The notes beneath the pieces were generated by a model. The model saw only the letters and a list, made by a program, of their open reading frames with translations, was not told where the DNA came from and did not search any database. From assembly GCA_001643675.2 (NCBI GenBank), contig LSRY02000054.1:372001-436000 (forward strand): a stretch of DNA of 64,000 bases. The letters are read 5' to 3'. The stretch's first letter is position 1; each line of letters starts with the position of its first letter. This DNA is from Monocercomonoides exilis PA203. Taxonomy: Eukaryota; Protista; Preaxostyla. Made by a program: the position numbers and the translations under genes. Shown here piece after piece: positions 25,980-38,598 of this stretch.

Positions 25980-28430
25980 TCAGATTAATTATTCAATCAT
26001 TTCCTAATTAATAACAGTCATTGAAGCATTGTTTTCTTCATCGCCGACTGGTTCTTCCATTTTATCTGGGTATGCTAATTCTGTTTGTTGTTTTTGAATT
26101 TGAGCTCCTTCTTCATATTTTTTCCTTCATTGGTGTATGTTCTTCAGATTGTGAACTGATATTTGTTTCGGAATCGGATTCATGATAAGAAACTGAATCA
26201 AACTCTGACTTGGACCCCCTTTCCTCATATTAAAAAAACAGTTGAATGGCATCTTGCTATCACGTGGTCCAGCTAACTTGACACATCTGTTTGGACGTAA
26301 TGCTTTGTGATGGTGTTGCTTCAAGGAGAGAGTCTGGCAAACTTGGCAATTTGTGCAAATTGAATTTCCTCCATTGCAAGCTCCTTGACAGATGAACACT
26401 TCCGTGAGAACGGCACGAAACACTTTGGAATCCCAGCCCTCAGTTTCACTTCAGCTGCATAATTACGAATCCTTCTTACAGAAGAGGTCAGATGAGTTTT
26501 CTCATCGATGAATACTGAAGTTGCATTTGGAAAAGATTCTTTGATTCTGTTCCAAAGTTCCTTTACGGAAGCTGCTGGGCACACAAGCGGCTGTTCTTTT
26601 AGAAACGGGATGATAATATCTGTCCGTTCTGTTGATGTTTTTAATGATGAATCGAGTTTTATTGAATCATCTCCAATTGCAGAATTTAGAAGGTTTATCC
26701 TTTCCAACCCCGTAAAACGACTAGCGAAGATCAACATTCATGTATATATATAGCCTTTTTTGTAAATTAATGAAAGCCAAGATTTCTGTTCCCTCCTTAT
26801 AATATTATTTTCTGCAGTTGTGGTTTCCAGATCTCTTGTTTGTCTTTTTTCTTCCTGTTTCCTGATCTTCGGAATCATTTTAATAACCTTTGCATGAGTG
26901 TTGATTCTCCCAGGACTTAATTGTTCAGTAATTCTGAGATAAGCGATAATGCATCACATGTTTGTTTTGAGAGTTGAAGCCTTCGTCACTTTGTCTTTCA
27001 GTCAAACGAAAATGGTAGCACATTTTTCAACCAACTCGCTCCATGCTTCTGGTGGTTATCTGTTCATATTATCTTCCATATTTCGCTGGAACGCGCATAA
27101 CAATATGAATATCCTTACCTTGTGTTTTCTGCAACGCTATATTTGCATTCATCGATAACTCTTTCGGAATATCCCTTTGAAACAAGCATTTTCCGAAACA
27201 ATTTTTCTCCTTGCGATTCAAAGGATTGATGAGAACTATTTTTATTCTACCTTGAGGAAGACTTGCTTCCATCCATTTCAACTGTCATCCATCTTTCAGC
27301 ACCTGATTCTGCTCTTTCCATCCCCAATCGCAGAGTTTCGATTATTTCATAAGTGGTTCCCATATTTTCCCTCTCCAATCTGGAATCTGAAGAAGAACAT
27401 GTGCTTTTTCTTCAATCGATTTCACAAGCGTTGGGACAATTAGAGGGATAGGCGTGTGGGCTAAAATATCGTCTCTTTGCCATGATTGTTGGAGTCCGTC
27501 TTCGTTTCGTGGGTTTCCTGTCCAACACTATTGATCCGTCTTTGCATTCGACTTTGTTACGAGTGCATCCATTGATATTTTGAGATAAAGGTTTTCTGTG
27601 ATCTCGCTTTTCTTTTTTAATTTTAAGGAGTAACCTCCACTTCTTTCTAGCCTGGAGAGAGCATCTGCTCTGACATTCTTCTTCTCTGTCAAGTGTTGGA
27701 GTTCTATCTGAATGTGATTGTTCTGAATAAATGTCCATATTTTCATCAGCAACTTCTTGAAATATGCACTTCATTCCATCGATTGACATTGAAAACTGCT
27801 GTTGTATTGTCTGATTTGATTAGCAAGCTGAAGACTTTGTTCACATGAAGAAGGTGTCTGAAATTGTTGAGTGCTCGATTGATTGCATATAATTCCCTGA
27901 AATTCGAGCTCTGGCATCTCAATTTCCCTGGAAGCGATTGATGGAAATCGTGTTTCTTGTTGTTCATTTGAAGAATCGCTCCCATAGCTCTCTGATGTAT
28001 CTGTTGTTAAGGTTGCTTGTGGCAGGAATAATGGGCAAAGCTTTCTCGGTTTGTTCCCCTTCAATCGCGATATCCATTTTAGAATACGCGGAAGGGTTAA
28101 TTGGTTGATCCTCATGCTTCCTTTCCATCCCACATTTCTGACCATTCTGTTCAGTAGCATGCACATCGATGGAAGAAGGAGTGAAGCTTCCTTGAAAACG
28201 AAGTTAGCTGAACTTAGCTTGCAGATGAACAATGCGAAATCTCTCACTCTTGTTTGCTTGCATTTCAGTGCTCAGCGCCTCCATCTGCTGCACTCAACGA
28301 AGAGTTCTTTTTTTCTGTCTTTCTCCAAAGTTACAGTGAAGTTGGAAGTGTCACATGAATATCAAAAAAATGAAAAATTATTTGATGTTTTCATGTGGCT
28401 CTTTTCCAGATTAACAATAAGTCCCAGTTT
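25980..28430 (-). mobile_element. 5'-truncated, decayed DIRS-type retrotransposon (end of RT, RNase H, methyltransferase-like domain, tyrosine recombinase)
   Basis: LTTDTS, SSNFRELYAI, IKSDNTTAV, NVRADALSR (RNase H); DALVTKSNAK...AHTPIPLI...IPDWRGKIWEP (DIRS MT-like); VCPAASV...RAGIPK...IAKFAR...KHY (YR). Many frameshifts. Confidence 0.85.
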
Positions 28431-30812
28431 CTGAAATAAACTTATAACTGCTTTTGCGATTCTCTTCAGTTTTTGCTTGTCTTGATGGAGCAAGACAATA
28501 TCGTAAAAATGAGCGAAAGCTTTTTTTTTTCATCTTTTCCGAATGAAAAGAACAACAACAGAAAGAAAGATTCAGATAAAAATTTCTACAAAAACGCAAT
28601 TGTTTGTTTAAGAAATCATATTTCTTCAAACGAGAATATGGTTTGAATGCCTTTTTCGAATGTTTGATCATGAACACGAAATCGTGAAAATTCCAATTTA
28701 ATATCTCTGCCTTTTTTTCTCAGCAAACATTGACTTTCAATTCAATTAATATGAATATTGCATTTCAGCCATTCATTTATTGAATTTTTCATGGAATTTT
28801 AAAATTATCAACACATCGAAAAAAATTTTGATTACAAAAATAATCACACATGTTTCTATTTCTGACCCTGTCAATAATTGCACAAATTTGTGACTCTGAT
28901 TCATCAAGAAAAACGAACGTGATCTGAGCTGTTATGTTATTAATTCAATTGGTGAGTTGATAAAAAGTTTGCGATTCAAGTTAATTTGAATTCAAAAGCA
29001 CATATGTATCAATTGAGAAGAGCCAGATCAAATATTTATCATATGAGTTTTTGTTTACAGTTTCCCTTTTTTTGAAATTCATTCAACCAAATATTTTCTC
29101 ATTCATCGAATCTTTTGTATTATCTTTGATTTACGCTTCTTGCATCACTTTTTTTCGAAAGTTCAAGTTGTCAAAACATTTTTTGATATGTTTCCTTGAG
29201 AAAAAGATTGAAATTTTGGAGAGATCTCATTTTCATTCATTTTTTTTTTTCCAAAAAGAATATTTGTTTTCAATACGATCAACTGAAAATTAATTTTTTT
29301 GATGGGTCAATAATTTGAAATCTCATTTGTAATGAATAAAAATTTCTGTTCTTCACAAAACAATTACAGGAGAAAAGAAGTCAGAGTTCAGAACAACTGT
29401 TGAAAGAAAAGGTTTCTTGTCACCTATCTCAAAGCTCAATCAAACGACATGTCAAAGAAGATCGTCCATCTCAATTTTTTTGTTTCATTCAATTGGAATT
29501 TTCTTTGTCACAGTTGGAGTAATTAATGTTTTTTTTCAAAACAATCAAAGAATTCAAATCGAGATTCTTATTGCTTTGATAAAATCCAAATTCATTTTTG
29601 TTTTCATTCAAAAGAGGTTGTTGATCAAGTTGATATTTGAAGGAAACTGATTCTCTGAATCATTTTTAATTTCTTTTGCTTTTGACAATTTATAAAAATG
29701 AAAAAAAACTGTTTTATAATCTTGATTGATTTCTTTTTATCTTTTCAATCGAATTTGAAAGCTCCAAAATACAACAGGTGAATGAATATATTATGCGAAA
29801 TGAAAGGACGAATGAATGAAAACGCAATCACTGGAGAAGAGTCATGATGAACTGGAAGAAAAAAAGAAGACCATTTTCTTTCAAAACGAATCAAAATTGT
29901 TAGAGATGAAGAGTTTTGCAATGCTCCTGTGTTCGTCTTCTCATCTTAAAGATGGAAGATGAACGAAAAGCAGAACAGAGAAAAATAGAATGGGAGTTAC
30001 AAAAAAGAAAGAATGAAAGAAAGAAAGAAAGAATAAAATATTTGATTTGCAGAGATGAAGAAGAAAAGCTCCACAAAATTCTTCATTCTCCCTTCCCCAG
30101 CGAAAATGGTGATGCAAAACTATATAATCCAAAGAATTCAAACAACACAAACAGCTTCAATATCAACAACTTAAAAGTGAAATCGCACAATCACTGAAGC
30201 AAACAAAAAAATGCAAGTGGTTGAAGAATTATTTAAAAAAACAAGCAAATACAAATGCAAATACATAAATACATAAATGAAGAACAACATCATTCCCAAC
30301 AAAAAAAAAAAAAATAAAGGGAAAAACAAAACGAAAAAAGAGTCTTTTTTGAAAAAAGTTCATTTTATATATTCCAGAAAACAGAAAATATTTCAAAGAG
30401 AGTAATAAAAAAATTAATCAGAAGAAAAAAATCTTGTGTTTCTGATGAATTCAAACACTGCAATTGTTTCAATATTTATGCAAACATGTGCAAGGGAAAA
30501 TTATTAGCAAATGAACGAAACACACTATTCTTCTCTCAATAAAAAGTATATCAAAAATTTGATAAACAAAACAAAAAGGTGTTGTTGAATAGCAAATATA
30601 TTAACAAAAACAAAGTGGCACCTTTTGCAAATATCTCTGCCCTCCGCTTTTTTGCTTGGATAAATCCAACGAAACAAAGAATAACAAATCCATTTCTGTT
30701 ATTACTCATCTCTAATTCATTCTTTATTCATAAAAACATATCTTCATCTTTCTTTCTATTTTTCTTTTTTCCGAAACTCATCAATGCTTGCCCTTCTCTC
30801 CATTCTGTATCA

Positions 30813-33800
30813 TCAACTGCTTTCTCTTGTTTGTGTTTCGCTTTCAGATCCAGAATGCAGCTTCACAATAACCCCGCTTCGCTCAACGTATTCTGACTCA
30901 CAAACATCCGAACCATCGCAGTATGCAATTGCATCTGACACCGTCGCCATCGTGTATCCAGACGGCAACCACCCAACCAGATACCGCTTCACCTGCACAA
31001 GCGATGCTCTCCTTTCTGGATCTCCATCCAACCCATTTTTCACCGCCTCACACATCTCTGATTCCCATATGCTCTCCAGCCCTGGTCTCTCCCCATTCAC
31101 TATCTTCTGCCCTGCCACTTCTGCCTCATACTCTCCAAATGGGATTTGAAGGGTCAAGCACTCCCACAACATCATCCCAATCGAAAACACCACTGTCTTC
31201 TTCGTTGCTCCCATCTTCTTATTGATCAACAGTTCTGGTGCCTTCCATCTCAAGCACTCTTTTTTGAAGCTATCTTCATCCTCAAACGCTGATGAGGGCA
31301 GAGAGTCATCATCATCATCGCTGGCAGATGTTACAACAGTTGATGATGAAATGGATGAGGAATCTGAATCATCATCTGACAATAAGTCCGAATGCATCAC
31401 AATGCAGATCACCATGTGTTCGGAGAACAATACAATGTGGGGACTGAGATTGGCAAGTGACTGAAGAGGATTGTCCATTTCATCAAATGAATGAAGGGCG
31501 AGATTAGCTACCCAGAACAGGATCTGGGCAGCTGTTTGTTCTCTTTCCTTCAATGAACCAATTGGCATCTCTTTTGTCTTATTCCTTCCATGAAGCAGCA
31601 TGAACAGTGAATCCCTCAGATCCACGATCAGCTTTTCATGTGGCGAAGAGCATGCCATTGCATCCACAAGATTCGACATGGATGAGGTGGTTGGGCACAG
31701 ACTCTCTGATCGAACAAATGTTGAATCTGAATCAGTTGTTGAAGTTGATGAGATGGATGGTGAGGGAGTTCGCTTTCTTGTCTCTTCTTCCTTCTCATCC
31801 ACTTTCTCCAGCATCCATTCTGGGATCTTGTCTGAATCTTTTCCTAATATGTATTCAGTGGAGCCACTCTCAGATAGAAGATGCTCAGACGACTCCGAAT
31901 GTCCCAAACTTTTCTCATACACCTTCTTCTTTATCCTCTCTTCATTCTTCTTCTCTGCCTCTTTCTCTGCTCTCCTCCATCGCTCCTCTGGTGACATCTC
32001 CATCGTCACCATCTCAAATGCCTTCGGATCCTTTCTGATGTTGTCATTCACAATCTCTCTCAGATCCTTCGCTTCATTCTTTACCTTTCTCCATCTGACT
32101 GCAAGAATAACAGAAACAATCAGAACAATCAACAATATCACAACAAGGATGATAACAATAAGCAACCAATAAGATTTCCCTTCTTTTCCTCCTTCAACAA
32201 TCTTTTCATCTCCTTTGAACTTTGATTCTGTTTTGTTTTTCACAATCTGTGGGCTTGTTGCTGCCAATTGCTTTCCAAACAATATCATCACTGACACCTC
32301 TGTTTCATCTGCAATCGTTGAAATGTTTTCTGATGGAATTGTTCCAATAACTTCCGTTTCTGATATGAAACTGTCTTCGTCAAATGGATATGTCTCAACC
32401 AACTCGACATCCCCTGTTTTGAATATCAATCTGAATGACAAGTCACATGGCACAAAAAGAGATCCCTTGAATTTCACAACAACATTGCATCCATTTTCAT
32501 TCACAGAAACTTCTTCCAGTCTGGGAATGAAGAAAGGAGATGATCTTTCTGCGGCTATCCCTCTCAAATCACATCCATCATTCAAAATCCAAAGAGAAGA
32601 ATTATCTTTCAATCCATCCCCTCCCTTCAAGCTGGTGATGGTTAATGAAGCAGAATCTGAGCAAATGATATTTCGACGAAGAGAGGGATATTTTTCTATG
32701 AAAGGATTGTTGTTCATAAATTCACCTTTCTCAATCGTCACATTGCCAGCAGACAAAGATAATCCACCCGATGAAGAATCCTCAATCTTAATTTCTTTTG
32801 CCTGAAGATTGGAATTTTCCACGTGGACAAGCGATCCACTCCATTCACATATTTCTCTGAAATCTTTATTTCTTTCTCTTTCACTTTCTTCTGTAAGAAT
32901 TCCTTCAAGCTCACACATACGCATCGAAACGTCAGTCATATTGTCAAGTTCCATGATGCTTCCTTTATCAGACAAAGAGAAACAGTTTGAACAAGAACAG
33001 TTTGAAAGAACTATTTGAGCGGATGATGAAGATGCTGAGAAAACTGACGCTCCTTCTGAATTTTTAGAGCAGTTATTGAATGATGAATCAACAAGAGCAA
33101 TTGCTCCCGAAGTTTTTTCGTTCATAGAAATGATGCAACCTTCAGACAACTTCACCCCATTAGCAGATATTCCATTCAGCACAACACTTCCACATTTTCC
33201 AACCTCAAATATATCTGTTATTGAATCAATATTTTCCAGTTTCACATTCGAAATATTTATCTCACCTCCATTTAGCAGAAATGAGGGTCTCTTGAATGAA
33301 ATGAACGAAACTGAATAGTTGTCAACATGAAGAATTCCATTTTCGATGTTCAACAATGTTGAATTGAGAACAACAGATTCCATTCTTTCTGATATCAAAA
33401 TCGAAGAAAAGTCAACAGATGAAAGAGAAAGTTGTCCGCTTGTTTCGTGTATAATTGAATTGCCTGAATATGAAAATGACTGTCCAATGTTGAATTTCAA
33501 TCCTTCAATCCTAACTTTCTCTGATGAAGTGATAATACTCCCTTTGTTGGTTATTGTTGAGTTCAAAAATACCAAAGCAGCTGAGGGAGATTGAAGTGAG
33601 CGGATAATCACATCCTTCGCTTCGCATTCTCCGACAATAACCGTCTCCTTTGAGATCAACAGCTGTGAGTACAGAGATGGAATAATGTGTTGAATTCCAA
33701 TATTCAGCGATTGACAAGGCATACTGAACTCTCCACATTGCTTGCTGTCTGTGTGATTGTCTGCAACAGAAGACACAAATATCGTCTCGCTCTGGTATTT

Positions 33801-36800
33801 CACAACCCTCAGCAGAAGATCTTCTTCCTCCACAAACGAATCTGTTGTGCAGCCCCATATAGCCAATTCCTTCACAAATGGTGCTCTGAAATCCAAAAGG
33901 AATTGCTCTTCAACAACTTGTGTCTCGATTGAGTGGCATCGGATATACACATCTCTCCCTCTGAACGCAGCGTTGTCTTTGAACGTGATGTTGGATAACA
34001 CAAAATTCAGCGGCTGTTCAGCTGTCGAGGTGCACTCCAGAAACAGCCACCCACCTCTTCCTGTGGTGGAGCAGAAGCACTCAGAAATCGTGCAAAACGA
34101 GCAATCAAACTTTCCTCCCTCATTCAACACACAAAACATCCCTCCTCCTTTTTCACACCTCGTTCCTCCGCACTTCTTCATCGTTGTGTTTCGAATCACA
34201 ATTTTCAATGGATTATCATTTTCATTTCGAATGATTGGTATATCATTGGTTGTGTTCTGACTCACTTCTTCAAATAAACTCCACTCAATAAGAACATCTT
34301 GTTCCTCTTCATTGTTCTTTCTTTTTGAACTCTTTGAAATCCTCAATCCGCTTGCTCCTTCCAGCTCAACATTTTTCATTGTCAGGTTTTTCACATTCAA
34401 TATCGTTGCTGACAAAACAGAAATAACATCTTTTGAAAAGCTGAGCGATTGCATTGTCACAAACTCCAATTGAACAGTTCCTCCATCTGCTTTGATCAGC
34501 CCGTACTCAATTATTTCCTCTTCTCCATTATTTTCTTCATTTTTTGTGAATGAGCAATCTTTCAGAGTCAACAATCCATCACTTGATCCAACATACATCA
34601 AATAATTGACTCCACTTCTGAAGGATGATGGAATCACAAACCGAATCAGTTCGAAATTGGTAATTCCAGAAATCTTCATTGCTGCTCCTTCTGCTCCTTC
34701 AAGTGATGAGAGACATTCCAATGAGCACATGCTGCTCTCATCAGATTTCATTGTTATTCCACTCACATCAACGTATTTCTGAAGAATCGCTTTTTCAATG
34801 ATGTTAATATTCTTTTCATTTCCCTCTGGCAATCGATCCAATGAATAATCAATTGACAAACAAGGATAATCCGAGAATCCGCAAGCTCCAATATCTTTTC
34901 CTTCACCCCCAACAAATAACTCTGAGCCAAGTGAGAGCCAAAAATACACCAGTGGAATTGCATTCGTTGTGTCATTTCCGTCAAAGCCTCTCATTGAATT
35001 CAATGAAATATCTGCCAGATGCCCAGAAACAAATGGAAGTGAGTCATTTGTGATGCTCTTCATCAAGTCTGGCGATTCAACAAACAGGTCATTTCCAAAT
35101 GTCGCAGCATTAGGTTTTTCAGAATTGAAAACAGGAGATGAGATCGCAAATGAAGAATCATCATCAATCAGCTTCAGTGCCATTCCTCCACCAAACCCAA
35201 TCTTTTCTTCTTCAGCTGGTGCAGTGCATCCTGTGAATGTGCATGAAATAACATTCATTTGAATGTTCCCTTTCAACTGAGCGTCAATGGCCCCTCCTCT
35301 GCTTCCATCAGCCATCACAGAGCATTCCTCAAAATCACATTCTTCAATATTTATTTCTCCATTTGTATTTTCATCTTTGCTGTTGTCAATGTTGATGCAG
35401 CCTCCGCTTCCACCTTCTCTTTCTATTTTTGTGTAATAGCTTTTTGTCATGTTCAACCAGGGAGTGCTCGTTAACTCTGTATTTGTTCCACTTCCAGACA
35501 ATGAGATTAACGAATTTCCACTCAAATCAATTGATGAAGCTGAGAATTTGTCGATTATCAGGATTCCAGACTCAATAGATAAGAATAGAAATGTCAATTC
35601 TGATGATGGATTTTGAAGAGAAACAGAACAGTGAGACAGAGTCAACGAAGAAGACAAACAAGAAATAAAAGTGGAGTGTGACGAAAGAGAAGATGGAAGA
35701 GAGAAGATGAGCTTTGACAAGACTGTTTCAATATTTGTGGTTATCATCGCAGCATCAGATTCAATTTCAATATCGGAGACGATCCATCCACTTTGACCAT
35801 CGTTTCCTTTGATTTCATGCTTCTGTCCAGCAAAGGCCATTTCATCGCTCATCGCAATCATTTCGCTCACAACAACTTTCTTTTCTCCTGTTTGCCTTGT
35901 GAGGGAGTGCTTTATTGTCAAACAAGGGAATTGAGCAATTCCACAATGTGAGTGATCGGATGCCTCACTATTACTCACATATATTTCTTCTGGTGTGGGG
36001 AGGAGATATATGCACAGAGGAATAGAGACACTTGTGTTTCCGTTGTCGTATCCCCTCACCTTGTCAGCAGTATTTGATGATGCCGTAACGCATGTGATTT
36101 TTTCTGATTTTGCTGTTTCTTCCAAATCTGGTGAAATGACGAAGATATTATTCCCCCACTTGGCTGTGTTTGTTCCGAATTCGGAGGATATCTGGAAATT
36201 GGGGTTTGCATTCAATAGCTGGAGAAGGATTCCTCCCCCAAATCCATCTGTTTCTGAGCAAAAGCATCCATCAAAAGATCCGCCTTTCACTTTCACCTCA
36301 TTCTCATTCCCAACGCACAGCATCATCGATCCTCCATTTTCTGAATTTGTGCTTCCGCATCCTAAAAATGAACAAGAATCCAGATTAATGTTTGCCTTAC
36401 CATTGAAAAACGACATTACAGCTGCTCCGCTGGTTGTTCTCTCAATCCCATCAAAATCACATTCAGAAAGTGTCAATGAAATCTCATTTGTCGAAGAAAG
36501 TGAAAACAATGAAGTTGTGGAGATTGTCTTTGCCCAGTTCACATTTTCCATTTGAAAAATCCCATTCTGAACATTTATCAATTCCGTTGAAAAAGCTGTT
36601 ACTGAAGCTTGCCCACTTTCTGTTGATATGTTCAATCTGCTTATATGCATCTCTCCTGTTCCAGTAATCTCAAATAACCTTGAACCACGATTATTTTCAT
36701 GTGCCGAGTCATGCACAAGAACAAAGTCCCCGACAGATAATGTTCCTGTTGAGACTGAAAAAAGAGACAATTCAGCTGCCTCTAATTCAATTTGAACTGT

Positions 36801-38598
36801 TGAGCTCAAATCGCTTTGTCCATATATTGTGAAAGAATTGATGTTGCAGCCCACATATTTTGTTTCGATAATTGTTCCTGTGAGTATCTCTATATCAGTA
36901 ACAAATTCTGGAATCAGCTGTGTGAAGCAGCGGCTGATGGTGCAGCATGGATGGCTTTCATCCCGTCCGCATGCATATGTGTCAATGGCATTGGGTTCTG
37001 TTTGCACCGAGGAGACAAATCTGACTTTTCCGAAATCATTTCGAAGCCATTCGCTTTTATCAATAACAGAATAGTAATGAGTGCTAACTCTGTTTTCTGT
37101 TTGCCTTGTTGAAAAGCATGTGGAATCAATGTTGTTTGATGTTGAATCTATAAGAACAATATCATGCCCACCTTTTTTGCATGTATTGTTGTGAAAGAAA
37201 CAATAATAAAACAAAATTCCATAATTGTTTGTATTTATATATTGGTAAACAGCGCCTGCTCCACACATTGAATAGCAATTGCAGAATTGGCAGTTTGAAA
37301 TAACAACTATTTCTGCAGGATTCCAATGTTCGATCGCACCTCCTGCACCATTTGAAGAGTCATTGCATCGACAGTAATCAAAATGCGAATTAATAATACA
37401 TTTTTTCTGTTTTTCTGTTTTCGACCAACTGAGTTCAATTGCACCTCCGTCGTTTCCGGAGAAACAGCTGTGAAAAGAGCAATCATCAACAATTGGCTGA
37501 ATATTTATATTTTCTATCGTTATTGCACCACCACCATAATCTGGGGTTGCTGCTGCCGAACACTGGACGAATGTTGTGTGCAGCACAATGCAGACAGCGA
37601 TATTCAAAGCAAATATCCCTCCGCCCCTTGTCAAGGAAGCGTTGCATCTTGCGAAAGAAGAATTTTCAATTGTCAAAATTGCATTTTCATTGTCATGAAC
37701 ATAAAGAGCACCTCCTTGTGGTGCTGTGCAATCTTCCCATTCACACAATGAAAAGGATTGGCTTTCTGTTGTGTCCATTTGTTCTTTTTTCTGAAGAGCA
37801 TTCTTTCCCCTTTTCCCAAAAAGAGTAGTTGTGTTTTTACAGACAAATTTCTCTGAAGAAAGCGATCCACTTGAGATCCCTCCTTCAAAGGCATTCACAC
37901 ACGAATAAATGAGGCAATTCTCCATTGAACTCAACAAGCATGAATGGTCCACAAAATTATCACCATTTGTGGTATATTTCACAGACATGTTCCTGAAGGC
38001 ACAGTTAGAAATCTCTTCACTTTCACTGTTTCCAGACAATAGGAAATAGTCTGAGGATGAAACAGCCAGATTTGAAATGATTGAATTTCTCAAAGAGGCA
38101 ATATTTGAATCATCAGATGAAAAAACAAGACTGGAAGGGTTGACATTCATTTGGGGGGTCAAACTCAAATTCGCCATGCAGATTGACCCACTTTGCAAAA
38201 GAAAAGGAGATTCCGATTTTTGGTGGGAAATGCACAAATCCAGCATCACACTTGATTTATCTGCCATAAGCATCAAAGGTGAAGAAGAATGTTCAAATGC
38301 CATATTTTTCAGTACAACTGTAGAATTGAAGAATCCCAAAAATGTGTTTTTCACTGTAGATATTCCTGACTGCAATGTTTTCTTTCCTGAAAATGAACTC
38401 TGCCGGAACAAATAATCATTGTCCACTTTCGATTGAAATTGTGCATCATTTGAGTTTCCTTCACCATTATAAACACAAATAATGAAAAATACAAAAATAC
38501 AAAAGAATACCTTTGTTCTCCAATGTGGCTGTTCCAGAAAGATCTCGTGCTTCAAATGCCTTTCCAAGAATCAAACATGCAAAAAGGAGCAAATGCAT
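30813..38598 (-). CDS. Receptor B: ~2,580-aa paralogue of receptor A with a different TM and pseudokinase tail; 2 exons
   Basis: Exon 1 38598-38511 gives signal peptide MHLLLFACLILGKAFEARD; GT-AG intron 38510-38459; exon 2 is in frame with the 2584-aa ORF. TM YWLLIVIILVVILLIVLIVSVILAV; tail LRWKAPE...VFSIGMMLWECLTLQIPF...GERP. Confidence 0.9.

Noticed and set aside
30813-38567. ORF-track start MERHLKHEI for receptor B
   Set aside because: TTG start with no signal peptide; the spliced ATG at 38598 gives a leader homologous to receptor A.
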